The notes under the pieces were generated by a model, which worked only from the letters and a program-made list of their open reading frames with translations, did no database searches and was not told the origin of the DNA. This document shows, piece after piece, positions 28,843 through 38,621 of a stretch of 64,000 nt of DNA (the stretch's first letter is position 1; each line of letters starts with the position of its first letter). The stretch comes from a virus. Lineage: Duplodnaviria > Heunggongvirae > Uroviricota > Caudoviricetes. The position numbers were made by a program, and so were the translations under genes. The DNA lies in IMG/VR virus record IMGVR_UViG_3300037400_003188, positions 57,014 to 121,013 of that record; one strand, given 5' to 3'.

Positions 28843-29136
28843 TTAATATTGTTCTTTACTAAATTCTGGTTTATATGTTAATGTAATTCCAGTATGCTCA
28901 ATAGGGTCATCGGATGGAACGAACATTACTTTATTAGTATGAATCATTTTCCGACATAATTCATCATCGGCCCCACAATCAATAAATAATTCTCGATTCC
29001 AATATAAATCTCCATTGCGTTCGAATACTTCTTTGTAAATTATTTCATTGATAGTATCAATAAATTCAATTTGGCTTTCTGGACGATTTTCAAGAAATTT
29101 ATTCAATTTGTTACAAGTTTTTTTAAATGTTTTCAT
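28843..29136 (-). CDS. hypothetical protein
   Basis: 97-aa ORF. Confidence 0.35.
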   Translation of the reverse strand: MKTFKKTCNKLNKFLENRPESQIEFIDTINEIIYKEVFERNGDLYWNRELFIDCGADDELCRKMIHTNKVMFVPSDDPIEHTGITLTYKPEFSKEQY

Positions 29137-29138
29137 AA

Positions 29139-29780
29139 TTACAAACTAAATATTTTTCTTAATGCTAATTTATCTGCTTGCTTGATTGCCGATACTTCTA
29201 CTCGCTTTTCATTCACCTTAATACACCCTCCAAAATTCCATAACTCACAATAACGAAGTATAGACTCTAACTGTGCATCTGTAATATCTGGTGTGTATCG
29301 TTCATTACTACCAAATCCTGCTTGGAAATGTGCCAGATAACGTATATTGAAACCATGCACCTTAACGAACCCCGCGCGTTCCAAACCATAATCAATAGAC
29401 ATACCCGAACCATGTAAAAGTATATTATCCAGTTCTTCACCGTATAACTTAAGCATTAAAGGTGCAAGTTCAATATGTGCAAGACCGCATTCAGATGACT
29501 CCATGAGATAGAACTTACCGTCTGGTGCAATATAACCAACAGGGTTGATGAACTTTTCTGGTTCATCACTACCGCATTCAGATACCATTACATCAGCAGG
29601 ACCAGTGAAATGTAATTGTCCGTAATCAAGAAGTCGTTCAATCTCACGCTCTACCTTGCACTCATCATCCAAATCTTCGGGCACTTCAAGATAGATAGTT
29701 GCTTTTGCATAACGCTTCTTGTGAGAGTTTGGTAAATATTCATCACTCATAAAATCTTTTCTAGCCATAATCTTATCCAT
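29139..29780 (-). CDS. hypothetical protein
   Basis: 213-aa ORF. A class-B element lies upstream. Confidence 0.4.
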   Translation of the reverse strand: MDKIMARKDFMSDEYLPNSHKKRYAKATIYLEVPEDLDDECKVEREIERLLDYGQLHFTGPADVMVSECGSDEPEKFINPVGYIAPDGKFYLMESSECGLAHIELAPLMLKLYGEELDNILLHGSGMSIDYGLERAGFVKVHGFNIRYLAHFQAGFGSNERYTPDITDAQLESILRYCELWNFGGCIKVNEKRVEVSAIKQADKLALRKIFSL

Positions 29781-29797
29781 TTCTTTTTTAAATTCTG

Positions 29798-29850
29798 CTG
29801 CAAAGATACAACAATTTTTTGAATTATAAAAATTTTGGGGGGTAAAAAAT
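29798..29850 (-). promoter_or_regulatory. class-B conserved upstream element, copy 3
   Basis: ctgctgcaaagatacaac...attataaaaattttgggggg, upstream of 29139..29780. Confidence 0.5.
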
Positions 29851-29858
29851 GTAATTTA

Positions 29859-30125
29859 TCAATTTTCACCATCCACACATCCGTTGCATTCTCCGCAATC
29901 ATAGCACTCACAATCATCACATAAACATATAGGTTCCTCCTTGCCATCCCATTCAAGCGCGGCCTTTATGCTTGGTTTTGGCATATCGTCTGCGCTAATC
30001 AATAACGCTCCACTAACAACATTTAAATCAATGTTAACTTTATATCCATTGTTAAATAACACCACTGGTGTATTGTCCTTTATTACTTCAATTGCTTGTT
30101 TTAAATCTCCAACTGTTTTTTTCAT
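29859..30125 (-). CDS. small Cys-rich protein
   Basis: 88 aa. C-terminus CLCDDCECYDCGECNGCVDGEN. Confidence 0.35.
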   Translation of the reverse strand: MKKTVGDLKQAIEVIKDNTPVVLFNNGYKVNIDLNVVSGALLISADDMPKPSIKAALEWDGKEEPICLCDDCECYDCGECNGCVDGEN

Positions 30126-30152
30126 TTTGCTTCTTCTATTTTATCTATCTGA

Positions 30153-30689
30153 TTATTTTCGTCCAAAATTTGCTTTTGACCACAATCTCATACACCCTAA
30201 ACGCATAAGTGCATTTTCTTCCTCAAGAAATAGTTTGTATTCTTTATTGTTACTACTTGTATATCTTGCTAATTCAGGGGCGCTTGTTTTAGTACCAACA
30301 AATTCATTTGGGTCTTCATCATAGAATAACAACCCACATGGATACTTGTCATATGGCCACCCATGTTCCTTTGTGTATGGTTCTGACCATTCGTAATTCG
30401 CTAAAAACTCGTCACACTTGTCAACTATTGATTTGGGTACTACGTAGTAGAATTTAAATACTTTCCCTTCAAAGTGCGTTGTGCCTTTTTTAAAGTCAGC
30501 CAAAAAATCACTCCAACTTCTTTTTATCTCGTATTCATATAGGTAGTGATTTTGTATAGAAACGAGATCGGCTTCATGTGTTTTAAAATACCCCCATGAT
30601 ACATTCGGTATAAATACATTCTTCCTTATGTTGAACGTATTAGCAATTGCTGCCTGTATCTCCCTCACTGTCAGATTTGTTTCCAGCAT
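30153..30689 (-). CDS. hypothetical protein
   Basis: 178-aa ORF. Confidence 0.4.
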   Translation of the reverse strand: MLETNLTVREIQAAIANTFNIRKNVFIPNVSWGYFKTHEADLVSIQNHYLYEYEIKRSWSDFLADFKKGTTHFEGKVFKFYYVVPKSIVDKCDEFLANYEWSEPYTKEHGWPYDKYPCGLLFYDEDPNEFVGTKTSAPELARYTSSNNKEYKLFLEEENALMRLGCMRLWSKANFGRK

Positions 30690-30808
30690 TATTCTTTAAT
30701 TTTTTAAATACTACATTTACAAATAATACGGCAACGGTACCAATGCCAGCCTCAATAAACATATTACTTCCAACGAGACACCCATTTTGATCAACAATAT
30801 AACAATCG

Positions 30809-31261
30809 TCATTTCTGATTATATCTTTTAACAATCTCAATCAATGGTTTGTTCATGTTTCCTTCGCTATCCATAATTCCTGTGAAACAGTTCATAACCA
30901 TCAATGAGACATCGCCTGTGACGTATGGAGGAAGCCATCCTATTACTGGTATGCCCTTCCCACAAGCATAACCAATTTCCCATGGAGTTCCAGAATTACA
31001 TGTATGTCCTAAATACATTGCAACTACTAATGTCGCACTATCCAGAGCCTCTTTGTCGGCCATATATACGCGACGTGCCCATTCTTCGTTAGGCAAATAC
31101 CATGTACCATCCTCCTTTAAAAAGTCTCCTGGAACTTTAAACTCCATCGGAATGTAAAGTTCGACCGTTGGATAGCGTTTCTTAACTACTTCAATCATGT
31201 GAAGAAGAGCCAATCGGTCACAATCTCGATTGAATGACCCTGCAATGTAAATTTTATCCAT
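30809..31261 (-). CDS. nucleoside 2-deoxyribosyltransferase-like protein
   Basis: 150 aa. MDKIYIAGSFN...EIGYACGKGIPVIGW resembles the Rcl / nucleoside deoxyribosyltransferase fold motifs. Confidence 0.5.
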   Translation of the reverse strand: MDKIYIAGSFNRDCDRLALLHMIEVVKKRYPTVELYIPMEFKVPGDFLKEDGTWYLPNEEWARRVYMADKEALDSATLVVAMYLGHTCNSGTPWEIGYACGKGIPVIGWLPPYVTGDVSLMVMNCFTGIMDSEGNMNKPLIEIVKRYNQK

Positions 31262-31274
31262 ATATCATTAAGTT

Positions 31275-31338
31275 TTAAAATCTGATGCAAAGATACAAAA
31301 AATATCTGACATATAAAAATTTTAAGGAAAAAAAAATA
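31275..31338 (-). promoter_or_regulatory. class-B conserved upstream element, copy 4
   Basis: aaaatctgatgcaaagatacaa...catataaaaattttaagg. Confidence 0.5.
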
Positions 31339-31384
31339 AGCGGACAAAATATTATTGCCCGCCCATTTTAAGTATAATAGTATT

Positions 31385-32584
31385 TTACTTACTCATCTCG
31401 TTAACGAGGTCCTTCATTTGCTTTAGCGCAATTACATCCATTGGGTTTGCCCCGTGTCCAGAACCGCCATTGACTACAATACTTGGCCACTTTGTTCCAG
31501 CAAGTGCCTGCGCAACACCAGTTTTTGTCTTGAACTCCCACTCGGCGCGTTCCTGTGGAGTAAGACCAGCAGCCACCTTAAGACGGTTTGCCTCTGCCTG
31601 TGCTTGTCCCTCTGCAATAATCTTTTTCTTTTCCTCTCCAGCCTTCAGTGCTGCTAGACGGGCAACCTCATACTCCTGTTCTGCCTTTGTTACTTCAACT
31701 GCCTTAATCTTCTCTTGCTCCCACTTAGCCTTTGCTGCTTGTGCCTTACCTTCTTCCTCGGCACGAATTGCCTCTTGTTGAGCGGCGAGGGACTTGGCCT
31801 TAGATGTTTGTACCAACATATTAGCCTCTTGCTGTTGTTCGATTTGTTTCTTAACACGATCCTCATAATCAATTTTAGATACGGAAACCTGCCCAATTTC
31901 TATACCATAATATTCAAATGGAGACTTTTCTGAGCGTCTAAATCCACCTGCGGACAAAGAATCTGGAATAAGAACTGCAAATTTCTGTTGTTTTGTTTCA
32001 CCCGTGATTGGGTCTAACACCTCTGAAATCTTAACAGCAGTTGTGTAAACACCATTATTCAACTGGTCTGTAATATACTCAATGAGGTTGTTTTTCTTCT
32101 CGGATACGCTCTCATATGCTGACATAAGCGGTCCTGATGCGTATACAACCTTTACAACTGTAGGACGAACCAAATCATTCATAAGACGTTCTTTTCCGTT
32201 GTAGTCGGTTTGAATGCGAAGCATATGTTCGCGGTCTGTAGGTAGTTTAACTCGAAGAGAGCCAAAGATTTCACCATTAGATGCATCATTAAAAATAACA
32301 GGAATAGGTTCACCATTGCCCTGTGCACCAAACCAAAGTTGCTCAGTCTTGTGGTATTCTGTAGTACGCCCAAATTTCTGTGCATACATACCTGGTGCAG
32401 ACCAAACATCCATTGTACCAGTAATAGGTACCTGGTTTACAACAATGTCTTCATTATCCACATCCTCAACGAGTGAGCCGATGCAACAAAGGAAAACAAT
32501 TACTAAAATTCCAATAACGGAAGAAAGCACAATTTTTTTCATCGGGAGTGTGCGAGTCTCCTCTTCATTGCGATAATAATTCAT
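31385..32584 (-). CDS. SPFH / band-7 (HflK/stomatin/flotillin-like) membrane protein
   Basis: 399 aa. N-terminal transmembrane helix, central SPFH-like region, and a C-terminal Ala/Glu/Lys-rich coiled coil (AAQQEAIRAEEEGKAQAAKAKWEQEK) typical of HflK/flotillin. Confidence 0.6.
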   Translation of the reverse strand: MNYYRNEEETRTLPMKKIVLSSVIGILVIVFLCCIGSLVEDVDNEDIVVNQVPITGTMDVWSAPGMYAQKFGRTTEYHKTEQLWFGAQGNGEPIPVIFNDASNGEIFGSLRVKLPTDREHMLRIQTDYNGKERLMNDLVRPTVVKVVYASGPLMSAYESVSEKKNNLIEYITDQLNNGVYTTAVKISEVLDPITGETKQQKFAVLIPDSLSAGGFRRSEKSPFEYYGIEIGQVSVSKIDYEDRVKKQIEQQQEANMLVQTSKAKSLAAQQEAIRAEEEGKAQAAKAKWEQEKIKAVEVTKAEQEYEVARLAALKAGEEKKKIIAEGQAQAEANRLKVAAGLTPQERAEWEFKTKTGVAQALAGTKWPSIVVNGGSGHGANPMDVIALKQMKDLVNEMSK

Positions 32585-32618
32585 GTCTTTAAAAATGTTA
32601 AAAGTTAAAAAATGTTAA

Positions 32619-32801
32619 TTAATTCAATTTACTAAACCATTTTGTCCAGCCATAGAACGGGATGAGTGTCTTTCTAAAAGAAAGGTTACGGCCAAACATT
32701 CCTGTGAACAAGTGTGCAATCACTGTTACGTAGTAGATTGCTAGGATGATGAGCAATGCCCATACAATCATTAATACAAATCTCATAATTTTACCAATCA
32801 A
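32619..32801 (-). CDS. small membrane protein
   Basis: 60 aa, hydrophobic. Confidence 0.3.
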   Translation of the reverse strand: MIGKIMRFVLMIVWALLIILAIYYVTVIAHLFTGMFGRNLSFRKTLIPFYGWTKWFSKLN

Positions 32802-33111
32802 ATAAGTTATTATTGTTATTATTTTTGTGACATTTACAATCTGGGTCGTGCACTACACATGTAGACTGATATTCTCCGAAACGGATATATTGATGACCAT
32901 TGTATTCAAATTTTATTACGGGCACCTTATACTTTCCAGGGGACATACCATCTTTATAGTATATATATTCAACTGGTTTAGGAATCTCATCATCATTTGG
33001 CACGTGTTTTGATGACGGAACACAACCAACAAATAGCCCTAATATCATCATTGCAATCGCAAATATAAGCAATACAATAAAAAACTTTCTTGTAATGTGT
33101 ATATTTTTCAT
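32791..33111 (-). CDS. small membrane protein
   Basis: 106 aa with an N-terminal transmembrane helix. Confidence 0.35.
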   Translation of the reverse strand: MKNIHITRKFFIVLLIFAIAMMILGLFVGCVPSSKHVPNDDEIPKPVEYIYYKDGMSPGKYKVPVIKFEYNGHQYIRFGEYQSTCVVHDPDCKCHKNNNNNNLFDW

Positions 33112-33329
33112 TTCCTGTAATAATTATAGTTTTTAATGTTAACAATCATTGTGTCTTTTTTAGTTGCAATCTCCGAAAGATGATCACAACGTTCTTCTTG
33201 GAGTTCTACTTTCTTCTCCAATTCAACGCACTTGTCGTAAGCAATTGTGTTAAAGTCTTTTGTGATATATATGTATATGAAAAGTACGAAGATTAGTGCT
33301 GTATTTATTCCATTCCAAATGTATTTCAT
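33108..33329 (-). CDS. small membrane protein
   Basis: 73 aa with an N-terminal transmembrane helix. Confidence 0.3.
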   Translation of the reverse strand: MKYIWNGINTALIFVLFIYIYITKDFNTIAYDKCVELEKKVELQEERCDHLSEIATKKDTMIVNIKNYNYYRK

Positions 33330-33334
33330 GACAT

Positions 33335-33538
33335 TTAATTTTTACCGTAATAAATCATATTATGTTTAAACTCATATATATTTGTTTCAACAACTGGCAC
33401 TTCAATTGTATCGATATTGGATTTGTCGTATATTTCTGCATCGTGAAAAAAATCACTTATACAAAATGTGGCGACAGTCACTAAGCCTATAATAAATGCG
33501 ACAATAAGCATTTTCATTAATGTTGTTTCGTTTTCCAT
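33335..33538 (-). CDS. small membrane protein
   Basis: ORF 33335..33574 trimmed to MENETTLMK. The MYLCTRFQNL N-terminus derives from the class-B repeat. Confidence 0.35.
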   Translation of the reverse strand: MENETTLMKMLIVAFIIGLVTVATFCISDFFHDAEIYDKSNIDTIEVPVVETNIYEFKHNMIYYGKN

Positions 33539-33544
33539 ATTCGT

Positions 33545-33612
33545 TAAATTTTGAAATCTGGTGCAAAGGTACAATAATTATTTGACATATAAAAATTTTA
33601 GGGAAGAAAAAT
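33545..33612 (-). promoter_or_regulatory. class-B conserved upstream element, copy 5
   Basis: aaatctggtgcaaaggtacaat...catataaaaattttagggaag. Confidence 0.5.
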
Positions 33613-33632
33613 GCAGTTTTCACCGAATTTTC

Positions 33633-34208
33633 TTAAAAAGGTTTCTCATTTTTAATTTTTTCTATCTCCTCATCGAACTCTTTCTGCGCTTGTTGAAGCC
33701 GTTTATTAGCCTCTCGTACCCTATCAAGCCTTTCCTCTGGCCAATTATCTGGAGCACCCATACAATAACTGGAATAGTTCATATAGTTACAACCAGTAAG
33801 TTCGTATACCTCAAGATTCTTCCAGTACCATTTTTCAAAGTAACTCTCTGGTATATTATTGTCGACGTCGTAACGTATATCGTCCATACCGACAAATAGG
33901 TCGCCAATGTTTGCTACTGTTCCAGGATCGTCTCCTACCCACACGTACTTATCGTAAGTATAACCATGCTTCCAGCAGAACACCTCTAAATACTCATTAC
34001 ATACGTCTTTCCACAATGCTTTTCTTGCCTGGTTCGAGGTAAAAGTTTCAATATCAGTTTCAGCATATGTGTCAATATGCCTTTTTACGGTCTTTGCCGC
34101 ATCTTCAAGGCCTTTACTAATGGTAACAGTATCTTTCTTTGGTTCGATTACTTTACCAAACATCCACCCTTGGCGTTTTTTGTTTGTTTCTGTTTTTCTT
34201 CTATTCAT
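33633..34208 (-). CDS. hypothetical protein
   Basis: 191-aa ORF. Confidence 0.4.
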   Translation of the reverse strand: MNRRKTETNKKRQGWMFGKVIEPKKDTVTISKGLEDAAKTVKRHIDTYAETDIETFTSNQARKALWKDVCNEYLEVFCWKHGYTYDKYVWVGDDPGTVANIGDLFVGMDDIRYDVDNNIPESYFEKWYWKNLEVYELTGCNYMNYSSYCMGAPDNWPEERLDRVREANKRLQQAQKEFDEEIEKIKNEKPF

Positions 34209-34335
34209 AATACATTATTGTTTTCCCATCATTATGTTTCGGATTATCTGTTTTAGATATTCAATTTCGTTAGACGCCCTATTTATGGAATCATCTGAAA
34301 CCTTTGGCGGATTTATATATTCAAAATTTCCCATG

Positions 34336-34533
34336 TTAAGATAAAATCTTTTCTATACCTCTAATAAAAATTCTGGCATGTTCATCATCCCAATTCTCTT
34401 GTAAATCCTTATATCCTGATTCAATAATAGCGTCCCGCATGAAAATCGTACAAAACTCGTGCTGTTCTGCGCTATCCTTATATTCCTGCCACTCCTGGTA
34501 TACTTCTTCTACTTGTTGCTTTAAATCTTCCAT
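34336..34533 (-). CDS. hypothetical protein
   Basis: 65-aa ORF. Confidence 0.25.
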   Translation of the reverse strand: MEDLKQQVEEVYQEWQEYKDSAEQHEFCTIFMRDAIIESGYKDLQENWDDEHARIFIRGIEKILS

Positions 34534-34540
34534 AATTTTT

Positions 34541-34924
34541 TTATTTTTTAATCTTTAACCCACATTCAAGGGCAAATGTTTCAATGATCAACTCTAATTC
34601 ACCACCAAAATTACTGAAGAACTTCTTTGCTTCATCTTCTCGTAGCCATTGGTTATAATGTTGTTCATGCAAAAATCCTCTTAACCAAGACATTTTATTA
34701 CATGCCTCTTCAAATTTTCTCAAAGTTTCTTCATTATCTATTCTGTCGTATACATATGCAGCGATTCCTTCTCCGAAGCAAATACAATTTAGTTCAGTTC
34801 TCCATGCATCATAAACATCTCCAGTGTTCTTATCCCAGTATTCTTCATGCAACTCCAAGAATGCATTTATGTCGTATAAGACATGCGTTTTGTCGTCTTT
34901 AATATATTCAATAGTATAAACCAT
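34541..34924 (-). CDS. hypothetical protein
   Basis: 127-aa ORF. Confidence 0.4.
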   Translation of the reverse strand: MVYTIEYIKDDKTHVLYDINAFLELHEEYWDKNTGDVYDAWRTELNCICFGEGIAAYVYDRIDNEETLRKFEEACNKMSWLRGFLHEQHYNQWLREDEAKKFFSNFGGELELIIETFALECGLKIKK

Positions 34925-34925
34925 A

Positions 34926-35123
34926 TTATTCCTCCGTTATTTCACAATAATTTATTACAAACTGTGCAACTGCATATACTAATATAGGTATAAGGAATAG
35001 GCAATACTCCTTTTTAAAGTTAAATTGTCCAACTACTGCCATGCCGATTATGAAGGCAAATAACATTACCATTGTAATGCCACTGCCTACCGCCAGCCAA
35101 AATTTACCGTGTTTATTTTTCAT
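34926..35123 (-). CDS. small membrane protein
   Basis: 65 aa with two transmembrane helices. Confidence 0.3.
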   Translation of the reverse strand: MKNKHGKFWLAVGSGITMVMLFAFIIGMAVVGQFNFKKEYCLFLIPILVYAVAQFVINYCEITEE

Positions 35124-35577
35124 TTTCTAATTTAATTAATTGTTCAATAACATCTTTACAGTCATATTCAATTTCATCTGGTTCCCATTTGTGAGGAGGC
35201 ATTCCAAAGCCATCTTCCATTTCGTCCCTATAATCACCAAATAAAGGTATATAATCTCCAATATGTGCATAATCCCAACCAATACACCATTGGTTTCTTA
35301 CGAGACAATGCTTGTTAGCAAAAGTTAATCCGCCATGCACATCAATTGGTATACTGTCGTAATCTTCCACTTTGTAGTATTTGTTTTTCTTCGGAAGAAT
35401 TACATAGGCGCAGTACCACATTTGGGCTACAAGCACTATAAAATACTTGTAGCCTTCGTATGTACCCTTTTTAACTATTTTACTATCCATATTAGTCTTC
35501 ATTTGGGAATCCAATTCCTTGCAACTGAGAATGCTTAAATTTGTCTTCCTGTGGTGCATCAACAAATATGTCATCAA
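35113..35577 (-). CDS. hypothetical protein
   Basis: 154-aa ORF. Confidence 0.4.
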   Translation of the reverse strand: MMTYLLMHHRKTNLSILSCKELDSQMKTNMDSKIVKKGTYEGYKYFIVLVAQMWYCAYVILPKKNKYYKVEDYDSIPIDVHGGLTFANKHCLVRNQWCIGWDYAHIGDYIPLFGDYRDEMEDGFGMPPHKWEPDEIEYDCKDVIEQLIKLENEK

Positions 35578-35908
35578 TCACGTCACGAACAAATCTCATA
35601 ATTGTTTTATCGTTCAAATCTCCATCAGCCAAGTCATTGCCTCTATTCCATGTTTCAAAAGGTTGAACTAACCTATTAGTTGACCATCCACCAAAATAAA
35701 CATGACCATCATAGCGCTTGTTAATACGAATGTTGTACTGCATATTAAATCTGGTTTCTAGAGTAAGCCAATAGTAATCAACACCTTTTACCTGCTCTAG
35801 TTCTACCAATATCTTGTCTGGGAAATAGTCGAATAATAACTTACTATCTGGAAATAAATTTATAAAGTCGAGTTTTGAAACGCTCGTTGTTTTTCTGTTT
35901 CCTCTCAT
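35492..35908 (-). CDS. hypothetical protein
   Basis: 138-aa ORF. It overlaps 35113..35577 in another frame, so the start of one of the two is uncertain. Confidence 0.35.
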   Translation of the reverse strand: MRGNRKTTSVSKLDFINLFPDSKLLFDYFPDKILVELEQVKGVDYYWLTLETRFNMQYNIRINKRYDGHVYFGGWSTNRLVQPFETWNRGNDLADGDLNDKTIMRFVRDVIDDIFVDAPQEDKFKHSQLQGIGFPNED

Positions 35909-35910
35909 AA

Positions 35911-37230
35911 TTAGTCCTCCTTAATTGGAATGTAATGTAAATCTTTCAATCCAGTGTTCTTATCCCAGATAAAGATTTGGTGTTTCTTTGTTGCTCCAAC
36001 AAAACGATTACCATAATGCCAAGCATCAGTTGCACATGGACTACCGATACGGCGTGTAATCATACCACCCTCATCATCTACAGTTACCTCTTTGTGCAAG
36101 TGACCTAAGTGCAATTCACGATATGGGTGTGTACCCCAAACTTCTGCAAACTCTGCTGGGATAGATTTGATGGTTTGTTTTAAATTTGCATCTCCGTGAT
36201 TATAGAAGATAGCACATTTACCAAATGTGTATACTTGTGTCAGACGATAATTCTCGATAAAGTTAATAATGCTATCATCAACAAAGCGCTGTTCAAGTGC
36301 CATATACAAGAACGTTTCCATTGCACGTGCATGATTTCCTGCGCACAACATAACATCGACCTTATTAAATAATCCACGTAGAGTTAACAATGCTTTTGTA
36401 TACATTTTAATACCCTCTCGGAATAGTTTGATGTAACGACTGTCGTTTTCCTGTGGAATCTTATCCTTGCTTGTGCAGTTGTCACTTTCAGAGTTGAAAA
36501 AGTCACTTCCAATTATCACAACACATCGGCCACACTTCTCAATCTCTTGCTTATGATAGATGTCCTCAAAAATATCATAGAAGCGCTTTTGTGCAATCTT
36601 GAGATCATAATTCTCGCCAGTCTCAACTTTGTTAGACATCTTACCGATATGCAACTCAACTGGTGCAATCTCCATCAACTTACTATCATCAAGGCCTTCA
36701 ATATATTTTGGTTGAGTAAATAAAAATGGGGTTATCTCCTCTTTGAATGCATCTTTGATAGCATTAAGCATATCAACTGGAGAAATATCCGTCTTCGGTT
36801 TAACTTTGTATTGTACGGCTTTCAATTCCTTTCCGCCTGCACCTCCATCCCACTTGGATACACGATAGGTAATCAACTCCCAATTGGCGGTATCATATCC
36901 TAGTGCTCGAAGCAATTTGTTTGGATCGTGGATAACGTCCTCTTCACAATCCACAAAACGGCTTTCTTCAACAGTACCATCGGCATTATATTGCACATAG
37001 GTATTTGGCCCCGCTGTCGTTGTGATAGTTGCTTTCCCAGAAAGTTGGTTTTGCTTTTTTGTTTTTGAGCGTGCATAGTCTTGTGCTCTGTGTCTCATGG
37101 CACTTCTGGAAATATATTCTCCAAAAAGTTTAACATATGATGCCGCAATACTAGACCAGGCCTCTCCATTCTCACTTCTTTTTACTGCTTCGTCTAAAAA
37201 GCGGTAATACTTTTCGTCTTTTATAACCAT
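35911..37230 (-). CDS. putative metallophosphoesterase-domain protein
   Basis: 439 aa. The C-terminal half has IIGSDFF, LCAGNHA and HLGHLHKE, which resemble calcineurin-like phosphoesterase motifs. Confidence 0.4.
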   Translation of the reverse strand: MVIKDEKYYRFLDEAVKRSENGEAWSSIAASYVKLFGEYISRSAMRHRAQDYARSKTKKQNQLSGKATITTTAGPNTYVQYNADGTVEESRFVDCEEDVIHDPNKLLRALGYDTANWELITYRVSKWDGGAGGKELKAVQYKVKPKTDISPVDMLNAIKDAFKEEITPFLFTQPKYIEGLDDSKLMEIAPVELHIGKMSNKVETGENYDLKIAQKRFYDIFEDIYHKQEIEKCGRCVVIIGSDFFNSESDNCTSKDKIPQENDSRYIKLFREGIKMYTKALLTLRGLFNKVDVMLCAGNHARAMETFLYMALEQRFVDDSIINFIENYRLTQVYTFGKCAIFYNHGDANLKQTIKSIPAEFAEVWGTHPYRELHLGHLHKEVTVDDEGGMITRRIGSPCATDAWHYGNRFVGATKKHQIFIWDKNTGLKDLHYIPIKED

Positions 37231-37241
37231 TTCTTTTAAAT

Positions 37242-37565
37242 TTATTTATTGTTATTTTCTTCTATTTTTTCTCTAAGTTTAGACTCTGGAAGGCCGCCTA
37301 ATGTTCTATCTACCTGGAACTGGCCTTTGTAAAATATTAGTACTGGTATCGATGATATGGAATATTGCTCTAATAATTCTTCTTCGCAGTCATCAATATC
37401 AATTTCATAAAAAGTCACATTTTCATATGTCGGTTCAATATTATTTATTATATCGTGTAGCATCCTGCATGGGCCACACCAAGTACCATAAAATTTTATA
37501 ACATGTAAATTGTCGTCTTTATTTAAAGCCTCATTCAATTCACTAATTGTTTTGATTTGTTTCAT
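37242..37565 (-). CDS. thioredoxin
   Basis: 107 aa with the WCGPC active site and thioredoxin-like length. Confidence 0.85.
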   Translation of the reverse strand: MKQIKTISELNEALNKDDNLHVIKFYGTWCGPCRMLHDIINNIEPTYENVTFYEIDIDDCEEELLEQYSISSIPVLIFYKGQFQVDRTLGGLPESKLREKIEENNNK

Positions 37566-38541
37566 ACTCTGTTTGTATTTCTTTTATTTTTGTTATTAAT
37601 TCATTTTTTGTTTTTAACATCGGAACCCCGCAACAGTATTCATATTTAGTATTTGTATAATATATGAAATGTGGTTTTAGATGTTCAATACATAAATTAT
37701 ATTTTACGATATCTCTATCTTCCCTTAATTTTAATCTATTATTATTTTCGTTTTTAAATCTAAGTTTCTCAAAATGTTGTTCGCCTTGGCACTCGATTAT
37801 GGTATTTAAAGACGGTATATAAAAATCTAATTTCATTTTATCTTTATATACTAGCCAATCAAATGTTTTTTGCTCAATAAACTCAATTCCGCACTCTGTT
37901 AGTATTTCATTTACTTCTTTTTCCAACTTGCTTTTACCTCTACAACATTTTGGAGTAAAACGATAATGATTATTTGGTTCTTGCCAAAACTCTCCATGTT
38001 CTGGACATATTATGCATACCTTTGTGTGGGCATTTATATAATTTACTTTTGAATAATCATATTTATTGTTGTAAATTTCATTACTCTTCTCAATAAAATC
38101 ATTTTTTTCTTTTTTTTGATTACTTGCACAAAACTGGCACCCTCTTCCTCTTAATAAATCGCTTGCATTCATATAAAATATTCCATGCTCTTGGCATGTT
38201 ACTGGAATTTTAAGCGACATATTTTTATAGCCAGTAATGTCATATTTATATTTACGTCCTAATCTTTCATCTACTATATTAATCTTGTTTAAAAATTGTT
38301 CTTTGTTAATGCTATTTTTTGAACATAAATCACAACCGTAGCCAAGCATATGACTAGTTGGTATTTGCCAAAATTCTCCGTGCTCTGGACAAATTATACA
38401 CACTTTTGTGCTAGTGTTTACATATTCGATCTTACTATAGTCATATTTATCACCATGGACTTTTCTTGCACGTTCTATAAATTCTTCCTTTGTTATTTTT
38501 TTTCCCATCGTATTTATATATTTTTCTATATATAAATACAT
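37543..38541 (-). CDS. homing-endonuclease-like protein with zinc-ribbon repeats, paralog of 19001..20170
   Basis: Repeats GDKYDYSKIEYVNTSTKVCIICPEHGEFWQ... occur three times. C-terminus DFYIPSLNTIIECQGEQHFEKL. Confidence 0.55.
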   Translation of the reverse strand: MYLYIEKYINTMGKKITKEEFIERARKVHGDKYDYSKIEYVNTSTKVCIICPEHGEFWQIPTSHMLGYGCDLCSKNSINKEQFLNKINIVDERLGRKYKYDITGYKNMSLKIPVTCQEHGIFYMNASDLLRGRGCQFCASNQKKEKNDFIEKSNEIYNNKYDYSKVNYINAHTKVCIICPEHGEFWQEPNNHYRFTPKCCRGKSKLEKEVNEILTECGIEFIEQKTFDWLVYKDKMKLDFYIPSLNTIIECQGEQHFEKLRFKNENNNRLKLREDRDIVKYNLCIEHLKPHFIYYTNTKYEYCCGVPMLKTKNELITKIKEIQTEYETNQNN

Positions 38542-38594
38542 TTAGAAACAAATTTTTACCATGCTGCGGTGAATTTTATTACATTTATTTTAAA

Positions 38595-38615
38595 TACTCA
38601 CATTAAATATACAAA
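38595..38615 (-). promoter_or_regulatory. class-A promoter-like motif
   Basis: The plus strand reads ttaaatatacaaaaaatg, upstream of 37543..38541. Confidence 0.4.
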
Positions 38616-38621
38616 AAATGA

